DNA of 64,000 bases from an uncultured Thermoleophilia bacterium. GTDB lineage: Bacteria; Actinomycetota; Thermoleophilia; UBA2241. How positions within the stretch are numbered: position 1 is the first letter of the stretch; every line of letters begins with the position of its first letter. The notes beneath the pieces are model-generated. The model searched no databases and had not been told where the DNA came from. It saw nothing but the letters and a program-made list of their open reading frames with translations. The stretch covers positions 3,783 through 67,782 of the forward strand of contig CAVVGY010000010.1 in NCBI GenBank assembly GCA_963747935.1, read 5' to 3'. The translations under genes and the position numbers were made by a program. Of this stretch, positions 19,317 through 28,510 are shown one piece after another.

Positions 19317-19343
19317 GGGCCGGCGCTGCGCGCCGGCCCTTTT
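19317..19343 (+). terminator. Rho-independent terminator
   Basis: GGGCCGGCGC (19317-19326), loop TGC, GCGCCGGCCC (19330-19339), then TTTT (19340-19343). Confidence 0.7.
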
Positions 19344-19374
19344 CACGTACGGTCTCCTTCTCGTCTGAGCCGGG

Positions 19375-19959
19375 TCAGATCCAGCCGTTCTCCCGGCTCA
19401 CGATGACGGCCTGGGCGCGGTCCACCACGTTGAGCTTGTGGTACACGTTGTGCAGGTGGTTGCGCACGGTGCTCTGGCTCAGGTCCAGCGCCCGCGCGAC
19501 CTGCTTGTAGGTCTTGCCGCTCGCCAGCAGCCCCAGCACCTCGAGCTCGCGGTCGGTCATCGGGTTGGGCACGTCGCCCTTGGGCGGGCCCAGCTCTCCG
19601 AGGTGCACCTTGACCCGGGCCAGCAGTTCCTTGATGTGGAACGGCTTGGTGATGTAGTCCGCGGCGCCCTTCTCGAACCCCAGGAGCTTGTCGTTGATCT
19701 CCCGGCGAGCCGTGAGGAAGATGATCGGCGAGCGCAGTTCCACCGGCTTCTCGCGCAGCTTCTCGTACACCGTGAACCCGTCCATGTCGGGCATCATGAT
19801 GTCGAGCAGCACGAGGTCGGGAAGATACATGCCGCCGATGCGGATGGCCTCTCCGCCGTTGGCCGCGGTCTGGACGTCGTACCCGGTCACCTCGAGCGCC
19901 TCTGCGACGAGCCGCCGGATGTCGGGCTCGTCGTCAACCACGAGGATACGCTTCGCCAT
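19375..19959 (-). CDS. Two-component response regulator (receiver plus LuxR/FixJ-type HTH)
   Basis: MAKRILVVDDEPDIRRL, LVLLDIMMPDMDG, ADYITKPF; C-terminus LTDRELEVLGLLASGKTYKQVARALDLSQSTVRNHLHNVYHKLNV. Start taken at the ATG at 19959. Confidence 0.85.
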   Translation of the reverse strand: MAKRILVVDDEPDIRRLVAEALEVTGYDVQTAANGGEAIRIGGMYLPDLVLLDIMMPDMDGFTVYEKLREKPVELRSPIIFLTARREINDKLLGFEKGAADYITKPFHIKELLARVKVHLGELGPPKGDVPNPMTDRELEVLGLLASGKTYKQVARALDLSQSTVRNHLHNVYHKLNVVDRAQAVIVSRENGWI

Positions 19960-20188
19960 CTCGTTCACTCTCCTGCAGCCGGGGTCGGGGGCCGCGACCG
20001 TTCGTCGTACCACCGGAGGTGGTCGGGTCTGCCCGTGACCGCACGGGACTCCCCTCTCGGCGCCCCGCGACTACGGGATTCGGGCGGCGCCGCCGATTCC
20101 CTCCGACCGGCGTTCTCACTATCGGCAACACCCCGGCGAACCTTAGCCGATGATGCGTTGACCCGTACCGGCGCCGAGCCGATGACGT

Positions 20189-20377
20189 TCAGCGAATGAG
20201 GCGGTCCCCAAAGGTGATGAGCGCCGCCACGACGACGACCGTCACCGCGACGGCGATGGCGATGTCCGCGTACCGGCGCGTGCGCACGGCGTTCCTGATG
20301 AGCGCCACCAGGCCGTACCCGGCCACCAGGAGCCCCACGACACCGGCGATGAGGATCACCCAGTTCACGACCGCCAT
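20189..20377 (-). CDS. Small two-helix membrane protein (62 aa), hypothetical
   Basis: MAVVNWVILIAGVVGLLVAGYGLVALIRNAVRTRRYADIAIAVAVTVVVVAALITFGDRLIR. GC3 is very high. It lies 74 bp downstream of the FAD/FeS oxidase on the same strand. Confidence 0.5.
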   Translation of the reverse strand: MAVVNWVILIAGVVGLLVAGYGLVALIRNAVRTRRYADIAIAVAVTVVVVAALITFGDRLIR

Positions 20378-20451
20378 CGTACACGGTCGGCGCGGCGGCG
20401 GGGACGCGGGAAGCAGGAGGCGCGACGGGAGCGCGACGGCGCCCGGACCCG

Positions 20452-23352
20452 TCAGACGACGAGCCTGCCGGCGAGGAACTCGAGGGGATGAAGGGCGGCG
20501 CGGCCGCCGAGGTCGCGCACCTGCGACCGGCACGACGTGCCGGTCGCGAGCAGCGCGGTCTCGCGCCTCGCCGCCCGCACCGCCGGCAGCAGCCGCCGCT
20601 CGGCCATCGCCACGCTCAGCTCGTAGTGGTCGGCCTCGTAGCCGAACACCCCGGACATGCCGCAGCAGCCGGCGTCCGGGTCCTCCACCTCCAGTCCGGG
20701 CACCGCCGAGAGCGCGGCGCGCGTGGCCGCGGCGAAGCCGAGCGCCTTCTCGTGGCAGTGGCTGTGCAGCAGCGCGCGGCCGCCGGCACGGAAGTGCAGG
20801 CGGCCCTCCGCGGCCAGGCCGGCGACGAGCGCGAGCGCCGGCCGGCTCACGGCGGCGACCTCGGCGACGCGCGGATCGCGCGGGCAGCAGCCGCGTCCAG
20901 TCGTCGAGGACCATGGAGAGGCACGACGGCTCCACGAAGAGGATGTCCGCGCCTGCGGCCGCGAGCGGGTACAGGCCGTCGAGCGCGCGCCGCGCCGAGG
21001 CGCGCGCCTTGTCGATCTGCCCGGTGGAGAGCGCGGTGCGGCCGCAGCAGCCCACGTCGGCGGCCTCCAGGCCCACGCCGGCTGCGGCGAGCAGCCGGGC
21101 GAGCGCCTCGCCCACGCCCGGCTCCTGGTACTGGATGAAGCAGTCCGCGAAGAGCACCGCCCGCCGGGCGTCCTGCCGCTCCGCCGGCGGACCGGCGACC
21201 GGCTCCGGCCGCGCGAGACGCGCGGTCAGCGGCCGCCGCTCGAACCGCGGCAGCGGCCGGTCGTGGGCGACGCCGGCGCGGTCCGTCACCAGCCGCGCCA
21301 GGCGCGTGCGCCCGAGCGCGTTGACGAGCGGCGCCGCCGGCGAGGCCAGCGCCGCGAGCCGCCGGAAGTCGCCGATGCCGCGCGCGAGCGGCGGCACGCC
21401 GTCTCTCGCGCGCACCTCCGCCAGCCACTCCACCTTGAGCGCCGCCATGTCCACACCGGCCGGGCACTCGGTCTTGCAGGCCTTGCAGGCGACGCACGTG
21501 CCCAGCACGTCGCGGAACTCGCCCTCGCCGATGGCGGCGAGAGGCACCGCCCCGCAGACGACTCCCTGGAGCGCGTTGGCGCGGGCGCGCGTGGCGCGCG
21601 CCTCGTCACGGGTCGCCGCCGCCGGCGGGCACATGGTGCCCGAGGCCTTCTTGCAGAGGCCGGCGCCGAAGCATCTCTCGACCGCGGCGCCGAACCCGCC
21701 CTCGGCCGCGTACGAGAGCCTCGGCGCCCAGCCGCCGTCACCGCGATAGTCGGCGCCGAAGCGCAGGTCGTCCGTGACCCGCGGCCCGTCCGCGATCACG
21801 CCGGGGTTGAGCAGGCGGTCCGGGTCGAACGCGTCCTTGACGGCCACCATGGCCTCGTAGAGCCCGGGGCCGAGAAGCTGCGGGAGCAGCCAGCTGCGCG
21901 ACCGCCCGCAGCCGTGCTCGCCCGAGATGGCGCCGTGATAGCCGGCGACCAGCCGGCCGACCTCGGCGGCCAGCGCCTCCATGCTCGCCACGCCCGCCGG
22001 CCGTCTTCAGGTCCAGGAACGGCCGCAGGTGCAGGCAGCCGGCGGAGGCGTGCCCGGTGAAGCTCGCCCGGACGCCGTGCCCGGCGAGCAAGCTCTGGAG
22101 GTCGGTCACGAACCCGGCCAGGCGCTCGGGCGCCACCGCGGTGTCCTCGACGAACGCCGCAGGGCGCTCCGCGCCCGGCGCGCCCATGAGCAGCGGCAGC
22201 ACGGCGCGCCGCAGCGCGGCGGCGTCGGCCAGCGCCTCGGGGTCCTCCAGCCAGATGACCTGCGCCGCGCCGAGCGAGCCGCGAGCGCACGCAGCCGCGC
22301 GAGCCCGGCGTGCGCCTCGTCGTCGCTGCCCTGGTACTCCACCGTGAGCAGGGCGGCGTCGGTCCCGTCGAGCACCGTGGCCAGGCGGCGATACTGCGTG
22401 AGGTTGGGCGCGCTGCGCAGCGGCGCGAGGTCGAGGAACTCCACCGCCGACGGCCCGGTGTCGAGGATCGCGACGTTGGCCTCGAGCGCGGCCTGCAGCG
22501 TGGCGAACGTGAACGCCGCGCCCACCCGCCGCGCCGGGCGCGGGTCCAGCAGCACTTCGAGCTCGGTGAACAGCGCGAGCGTGCCCTCCGAGCCGGCAAG
22601 CAGCCGGCCCAGGTTGGGCTCGGGGGCCAGCAGTTCGCGCAGGTTGTAGCCGGTGGTGCACCGTCTGGTCTGCGGAAAGCCGGTGGCGATGGGCTCGCGG
22701 TACTGCTCGCGCACCTGCGCGAGCGCCGCCGCGAGCCTCTCCCCGCCGGCCCCCGCAGGCCGGCGGCGAGGTCGCCGCCGGCGCAGGCGCCGAACGTCAT
22801 CCGCTCCCCGCCGGCGAGCACGCCGTCCACGCCGCAGCACCTTGTCCTTGGTCTCGCCGTAGACGATGGACCGCGAGCCCGACGAGTTGTTGCCCGACCA
22901 TGCCGGCGATGGTCGCCTGGTCCACCGTGGAGGTGTCGGGGCCGAACTCGAGCCCGTGCGGCGCCGCGGCCGCGTTGAGGGCCGCCTGCACCACCCCCGG
23001 CTCGCACGCGCGCCCGGCGCCCGTCCGCGTCCATCTCAAGGATGCGGTCCAGCTTGAAGCAGTCGACCGCGATCCCGGGCCGATGGCCTGCCCGGCCACG
23101 CTCGAGGCGGCGCCGCGCGCCGAGATCGGCAGGCCGGTCTCGCGCGCCACCCGGGCGGCGGCCGCGAGGTCGTCCGGCGACCCGGCGACGAGCACGACCT
23201 CCGGGACGACCCGGTAGCTGGAGGCGTCGGTGGAGTAGAGCCAGCGCCGGAGCGGTGTGGTCCACACCTCGCCGGCCACGACGCGCCGCAGGGACTCGGC
23301 CGCGGCGCGCCCCTGCTCGCGAGAGTCGCGGGATGCGGTGACGGGCGCCCAT
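20452..23352 (-). pseudogene. FAD-linked oxidase fused to an Fe-S/CCG domain (GlcD-GlcF-type fusion, ~965 aa); about 9 frame breaks
   Basis: FAD_binding_4-like N-terminus: YSTDASSYRVVPEVVLVAGSPDDLAAAARVARETGLPISARGAASSVAGQAIG. Also GSEGTLALFTELEV and HASAGCLHLRPFLD. Ferredoxin-type CVACKACKTECP. CCG-type CCGRTALSTG and CCGMSGVFGYE. Stop at 20452. Confidence 0.8.
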
Positions 23353-23412
23353 GGCGCCTAGGATACCGCTCCGCCGAGCGGCCGGGCCCCGAGAGGGGCG
23401 GCCGCGTGCCCG

Positions 23413-24134
23413 TCAGAGCCCGGCGGGGCTGAACACGGGCATCCAGCGCGACAGTTGCTGCAGCACGCCGAACATCATGAGCACGCCGAACACGACGAGC
23501 AGCACGCCGGCGCGTGACCTGGATGGCGCGGTAGTGCCGCTTGACCCAGCCGAGCCGGGCGCTCACCCAGTCGAAGGCCAGGGCGGCGAGCACGAACGGC
23601 ACGCCCAGGCCGAGCGAGTAGACCAGCAGGAGGAGCGAGCCCGAGACGGCGCTCTGGCTGGTCGCCGCCATGGAGAGGATCGCCCCGAGGACGTAGCCCG
23701 ACGCACGGCGTCCAGCCGATGGCGAGGGCGGCGCCGGTGAGGAACGCCCCGCCGGCGCCGGCGCGCTTGGGCGCCACCTTGAGCACCGGCTCCGGCAGGT
23801 GGATCACGCCGGCCACCACGAGCCCGCTGAAGGCGATGAACGCGCCGGCGACGATCATGAGCACGTCGCGGTACTGGATGAGGAGCCGGCCGACGCCGCC
23901 GGCGCCGGCTCCCATCAGCACGAAGACCACGGTGAACCCGGCCACGAACAGCAGGGAGGTCCACAGCAGGCGCCGGTGCTCCCTGCCCAGGTCCTCCACC
24001 CCCACGCCGGAGATGAACGAGAGGTACACGGGCAGCAGCGGCAGCACGCACGGCGAGACGAACGAGAGCAGGCCGGCGGCGAACGCCAGACCGATGGCCG
24101 TGAGGCTGAGAGAGGTGATCTCGACCGCTGTCAT
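23413..24134 (-). pseudogene. ccdA: Cytochrome c biogenesis/thiol-disulfide transporter CcdA (DsbD-family membrane core); about 2 frame breaks
   Basis: GLLSFVSPCVLPLLPVYLSFISG (first Cys motif), AIGWTPCVG (second Cys motif), SLLLLVYSLGLGVPFVLAALAF, and tail GVLLVVFGVLMMFGVLQQLSRWMPVFSPAGL. Confidence 0.8.
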
Positions 24135-24170
24135 GACCGGGCGCGGGAGCGCCTCACACGGCGCCCGCGC

Positions 24171-24662
24171 TCACTGCGCCTTCGCGAGCGACGCGGTGAA
24201 CTGGTCGAGGGTCGCGGCTCCGACGAGCCGGTCCACTTCCTTACCCTGGGCGTCGAAGAAGATGGTCGTGGGATACGCGGTGATGCCGAACTCCTGCACC
24301 AGACTGCCGTCGTCCAGCACCATGGGGTAGGTGAGGCCGTACTTCTGCATGAACTCCGTGGCGTCCTTCTCGGTGTCCTCGGAGGCGATGCCGACCACCT
24401 GGGCGCCCGGGTTCTGCTCGGCGAACGTGCCAGGTCGGGCGCCTCCAGATTGCAGGGCGGGCACCACGAACCGAACACGTTGACCACCAGCGGCTTGCCG
24501 GCGTAGTCCGCGACGGCGAAGTCGGCGGGGGCGATGACCTGCACGGTGACGACGCCCCGACGAAGCGGCGGCTAGGACGACGACCGCGACATGACGACCA
24601 GCGACCGCGGCGACCACCACCACGAGAGCGAGGATGAGCAGGCCGAGCGTCTTGGTCTTCAT
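24171..24662 (-). pseudogene. TlpA/ResA-like membrane-anchored thioredoxin-fold thiol:disulfide oxidoreductase; about 2 frame breaks
   Basis: Signal anchor MKTKTLGLLILALVVVVAAVA, active site FGSWCPPCNLEAPDL, then VVGIASEDTEKDATEFMQKYGLTYPMVLDDGSLVQEFGITAYPTTIFFD. Confidence 0.75.
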
Positions 24663-24762
24663 CGTGTCCCCTTCTGTCCGGGAGCCTCCGCGCGAGGCTC
24701 CGCATGCACTGTAGAGTTTACTCTGCCGCGGCAGTGTTTGCGCTGCGCCGCGACGCCGCGGC

Positions 24763-24782
24763 TATAATACCCCCCAGGGTAT
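24763..24782 (+). promoter_or_regulatory. Perfect TATAAT hexamer overlapping a 16-bp palindrome upstream of the FmdB-like gene
   Basis: TATAAT at 24763-24768. ATACCC-CCCA-GGGTAT at 24767-24782. The ATG at 24809 follows. No good -35 box is seen. Confidence 0.3.
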
Positions 24783-24808
24783 GTAGTCCACCACCGCGAT
24801 GGAGGGTC

Positions 24809-25012
24809 ATGGCGTCTTACGATCTGGTCTGTGACGCGTGCGGGCACGACTTCGAGGTCTTCCGGCAGGGGTTCCTGAAGGACGAGGACCGCGTGTGCCC
24901 GGACTGCGGCAGCACCGAGGTGCGGCAGAAGTTCACGAGCTTCCTCCAGAACATCGGCGGAGCAGCTCCGGCGGCGGCGTGCGCCGCGCCGTCTCACAGC
25001 GGCTTCGGCTGA
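24809..25012 (+). CDS. FmdB-family zinc-ribbon protein
   Basis: MASYDLVCDACGHDFEVFRQGFLKDEDRVCPDCGSTEVRQKF: two CxxC pairs with the family-typical spacing. Confidence 0.75.
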   Translation: MASYDLVCDACGHDFEVFRQGFLKDEDRVCPDCGSTEVRQKFTSFLQNIGGAAPAAACAAPSHSGFG

Positions 25013-25134
25013 GGCTGATCCCCGGCGGCGCGGTCGCGCCGCACCGACCGTGCGCCACCACAGGCGACGACTTACTTCCGGCGCCCGGCGGCCTCCGGCC
25101 TCCGGGCGCCGCTCGTTCTGCTCCGTCTCGCACG

Positions 25135-25449
25135 GTCGCCGTCTCCGACGGCGCCGACGACTTCTACGGGTACTGGCGTCCGCGCATCCAGGTGCGCGAC
25201 GCCTCGTTCAGCCTGAAGCCGACCAGGACGCAGAGCGTCTACTTCGTCGACTACGACCAGGGCTGGGGCGTCGGTGAGGACGTCGTGCCGGGCAAGGGCG
25301 GACAGTCCACCTTCAACGACAGCAAGTCCTACTGGTACGCCGAAGCCCCCGAGGCCGGGGTCAAGATCCCGAGGAACCTCGGCGTGCGCATCATCGTCAA
25401 GTCCATGAACGACGACGCGATGACCATCCGGGTCGACAACGTGAAGTGA
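25135..25449 (+). CDS. Hypothetical protein (core only; N-terminus and start codon unresolved)
   Basis: High-GC3 reading: VAVSDGADDFYGYWRPRIQVRDASFSLKPTRTQSVYFVDYDQGWGVGEDVVPGKGGQSTFNDSKSYWYAEAPEAGVKIPRNLGVRIIVKSMNDDAMTIRVDNVK. No in-frame ATG or GTG lies upstream, so a frame break or an unusual start between 25013 and 25135 is likely. Confidence 0.45.
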   Translation, partial: VAVSDGADDFYGYWRPRIQVRDASFSLKPTRTQSVYFVDYDQGWGVGEDVVPGKGGQSTFNDSKSYWYAEAPEAGVKIPRNLGVRIIVKSMNDDAMTIRVDNVK

Positions 25450-25473
25450 CCCGGCGGCACACCGCGTGAGGCG

Positions 25474-25512
25474 GAGAGGGCGGGGCGGCCGGAAGAGCCG
25501 CCCCGCCCTCTC
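25474..25512 (+). terminator. Perfect 16-bp stem hairpin after the hypothetical gene
   Basis: GAGAGGGCGGGGCGGC (25474-25489), 7-nt loop, GCCGCCCCGCCCTCTC (25497-25512). Confidence 0.6.
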
Positions 25513-25544
25513 GCACCGTACGGGCCGGCTGATAGCATCGCCGC

Positions 25545-26519
25545 ATGCGCGTACTCGTCACCGGCGGCGCCGGCTACATCGGCAGCGTCATCGTCGCGCG
25601 CCTCGCGGCGCGCGGCCACGACGTGGTGGTGTACGACGACCTCTTCCGCGGCCACGCCGCGGCGGTGCCGGCCGGCGTGCCCCTCGTGCGCGGCGACGTG
25701 CGCGACGCCGCCGCCGTGCGCGCGGCGCTCGAGGACGGCGGCTGCGAGGCCGTCGTCCACATGGCCGCGCTCGCGGAGGTCGGCGAGTCGGTCGCCGAGC
25801 CGGAGCGCTACCGCAGCGTCAACGAGGAGGGCACGGCGGCCGTGGTCGAGGCGGCCGTGGCCGCCGGGGCCGGCCGCCTCGTCTTCAGCTCCACCGCGGC
25901 CGTGTACGGCGCCCCGGAGCGCACGCCCATCGACGAGGACGACACGCTGGCGCCGGCCAATCCCTACGGCGAGACCAAGCTCGCCGGGGAGCGCCTGCTG
26001 CAGCGGGCGCGGTCACGCGGCGAGCTCGCCGCCACCGCCCTCCGCTACTTCAACGCCTGCGGCGCCGACGGCGCCTGCGGCGAGGACCACGACCCCGAGT
26101 CGCACCTCATCCCGCTCGCGCTGCGCGCGGCGCGCGACGGCACGCCGATCCGCGTGTTCGGCGACGACTACCCCACGCCCGGACGGCACCTGCGTGCGCG
26201 ACTACGTGCACGTCGCCGACCTCGCCGACGCGCACATCGCCGCGCTCGAGGCGCTGCCGCAGGTGCAGGGCGTCGTTCAACCTCGGGACGGGCTCGGGAG
26301 ACTCGGTGCAGGCGGTGCTCGACGCCGTGGAGGCGGTCACCGGGCTGCCGCTCGGCGCGCGAGACCGCGCCGCGCCGCGCCGGCGACCCGCCGGTGCTGG
26401 TGGCGAGCAACCGGCGCGCGGCGGAGCGGCTGGGCTGGCGTCCGCGGCGCAGCCTCACGGACGCCGTGAGCGACGCCTGGGCGTGGATGGGCGCGCACCC
26501 GGACGGGTACGCGGGCTGA
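25545..26519 (+). pseudogene. galE: UDP-glucose 4-epimerase; about 4 compensating frame breaks between about 26180 and 26400
   Basis: [14 protein letters not shown] (Rossmann motif), FSSTAAVYG, and the YGETKLAGE (YxxxK) motif. The middle part is readable only in other frames: [20 protein letters not shown] and [23 protein letters not shown]. The C-terminus returns to the original frame. Confidence 0.85.
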
Positions 26520-26565
26520 CCTCGCTGGGCACGGCCGGCAGCGGGCCGGCGGCGAGTCGCGGGCG

Positions 26566-26990
26566 CTAGGAGACGGTCGCCGGCTCGCGGGGCCAGCGAC
26601 TCGAGCGTGATGGAGCCCAGCACGTCCATGAGCTGGGTCTGCGCGCGCAGCCACGCCTCGTGCGTGGCGCACGAGGCGCTGCGCGCGCAGTCCTCGGGAC
26701 TCAGCACGCACTGGTTGACGGAGATGGGACCGTCGACGGCCTCGATGACCTGCTGCATGGTGATCTCGGAGGCCGGGCGCGCAAGGGCGAAGCCGCCGTG
26801 CGCGCCCCGCTGCGAGACGGTGAGACCGCCGCGCACCAGGCTCTGCAGGATCTTGGCGAGGAAGCTCTCCGGGATGTCCTGCGCCTCGCCGATCTCGTGC
26901 AGCGACGCGACGTGACCTTCGGGGAAGCGCGCGAGGTAGCGTCATCGCCCGGACGGCGTACTCGGCGCCGCGTGTGAGTTGGAGTCCCAT
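26566..26990 (-). pseudogene. Rrf2-family transcriptional regulator; about 2-3 frame breaks; 3' end uncertain
   Basis: MGLQLTRGAEYAVRAM..., then (other frame) GGLTVSQRGAHGGFALARPASEITMQQVIEAVDGPISVNQCVLSPEDCARSASCATHEAW. Three Cys residues (CVLSPEDCARSASC) could ligate an Fe-S cluster. Confidence 0.7.
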
Positions 26991-27009
26991 AGCACTTCGC
27001 TTTCGTCAG

Positions 27010-27081
27010 AGACCGGACCATAACGGTCTGAATGGAACTGTATCGCCAGCCGGTTCACCGGGTCAACCGACCGGACCGGTC
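27010..27081. promoter_or_regulatory. Cluster of ACCGG/CCGGT inverted half-sites in the Rrf2/TPR divergent intergenic region
   Basis: AGACCG-N8-CGGTCT (27010-27029), CCGGT-TC-ACCGG (27050-27061) and GACCGG-A-CCGGTC (27069-27081). Confidence 0.3.
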
Positions 27082-27230
27082 ATATTAAGCGGCCGTTAAG
27101 GTTTGGAGAAAGCCGTCGCGCTCTTCGCGGATAGTGCCGGTTTGCGGGCAAAACCCGGGTCGCGGCCGAATCCGGCCGGTGCTATCCTGCCAGAGGCGCC
27201 ACCCGCGCCTCCCCACACGGAAGGACGAGA

Positions 27231-27899
27231 GTGAGACGATCCCTGGCCCTCATCGCCGTCGCCGCCGCCGTGGCCGTCGCCGCCGCGGTCGTGGTCGCCG
27301 GCATGAGATCCGGCAGCGACGGCCGACGCAGGCGCCGCCGGCCGCGGCCGGCACGCCGGGAGCCCTCCCGTCCGGACACCCGTCCATCGCCGCCACCGCC
27401 GAGGAGACGCCGGACCCCCACGCAGCCGTCACGCCCGCCGGCGAGGCGCCGGCCGGCGACGACGCCGCCCTCACCGAGCTCGAGGACGAGGCCAGCGAGG
27501 ACCCCGAGCGACGTGCAGGCGCTGGTGGACCTCGGCGACGCGTACTTCATGCGCCAGCACCTGCAGCAGGCCGAGGACGCCTACACCCGCGCCCTGGCGC
27601 AGGACCCGGAGAGCGCGGCGGCACAGGTCGGCCTGGCCATGGTGTGGCACGCCAAGGGCGACTCCAAGCGCGCCGAGAAGGCGCTCACCGCCATGCTCGT
27701 CAGCACACCCCGACGACCAGGACGCGCACTACTCCCTGGCGATCGTGTACTTCTCCGGCGGCCGCGTGGACGAGGCCAAGAAGGAGTGGCAGACGGCGGC
27801 GCGCATCGACCCCGCCACGACCACGGGGCGGCGCTCGCAGAGCTTCGTGGACCTCCTCGACGGCAACGAGTCGGCCGCCGCCGTCGGCCGGCGACTGAC
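27231..27899 (+). pseudogene. Membrane-anchored TPR-repeat protein; about 4 frame breaks
   Basis: Signal anchor MRRSLALIAVAAAVAVAAAVVVAG. TPR-like helices: VQALVDLGDAYFMRQHLQQAEDAYTRALAQDPESAAAQVGLAMVWHAKGDSKRAEKAL, then YSLAIVYFSGGRVDEAKKEWQTAARIDP. Confidence 0.6.
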
Positions 27900-27906
27900 G
27901 CGGGGC

Positions 27907-28484
27907 CTACTCCACCCGCGCGCCCAGCACGTCGCGCACGTGGGCGAGCGCGAACCGGTTGAACTCCTCCGCGTCGTGTCCCGGCGCGTCGTACGTCTCC
28001 ACCAGGTCCCTTGTGCACGAGCACCTCGTAGCCGCGCGCCCTGCAGGCCGGCGACGGTGTGCAGCACGCAGATGTCGGTGCACACCCCGGCGACCTCGAC
28101 CACCTCGGGAGCGAGCCGCTCGAGCACGGCGTCGAGATCGGTCCCGTGGAACCCGGAGAAGGTGTGCTTGCGCACCACCGTCCCGCGGTCGGCGAACTCC
28201 CGCAGCTCCGGGATGACGTCGTTCTCGCCCGTGCCCGCGACGCAGTGCGGCGGGAACATGGCGAACTCCGGGTCGTCGGCCGCGTGCGTGTCCACGAGGA
28301 AGATGATGTGAGCGCCCTCCGACTCGGCCTCCCGAAGGAGCTTGCGGAGGCCGGGGACGATGGCGTCGTAGCGGGGGCTGTACAGCGCGCCGCGCCGGCA
28401 GAAGCAGACGAGCATATCGACCACGATGATCGCCCGGCGGGGCCGGACGGCCTCGCCGCCGGGCTGCTGCGTCTGACTGTCCAT
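27907..28484 (-). pseudogene. pncA: Isochorismatase-fold nicotinamidase; 1-2 frame breaks near the 3' end
   Basis: RRAIIVVDMLVCF, IFLVDTHAADDPEF, VVRKHTFSGFHGTDLD and VAGVCTDICVLHT (nucleophile Cys). Tail after the break: ARGYEVLVHKDLVETYD. It sits next to the NAPRTase gene. Confidence 0.75.
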
Positions 28485-28510
28485 ACCGGTCGGATACCCC
28501 GGGAGGGGAC

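Noticed and set aside
19959-20189. Short direct repeat AGCCGATGA(T/C)G..GTT at about 20148 and about 20176, upstream of the LuxR-type response regulator
   Set aside because: There are only two imperfect copies of about 10 nt, too weak to call a binding site without comparative or experimental support.
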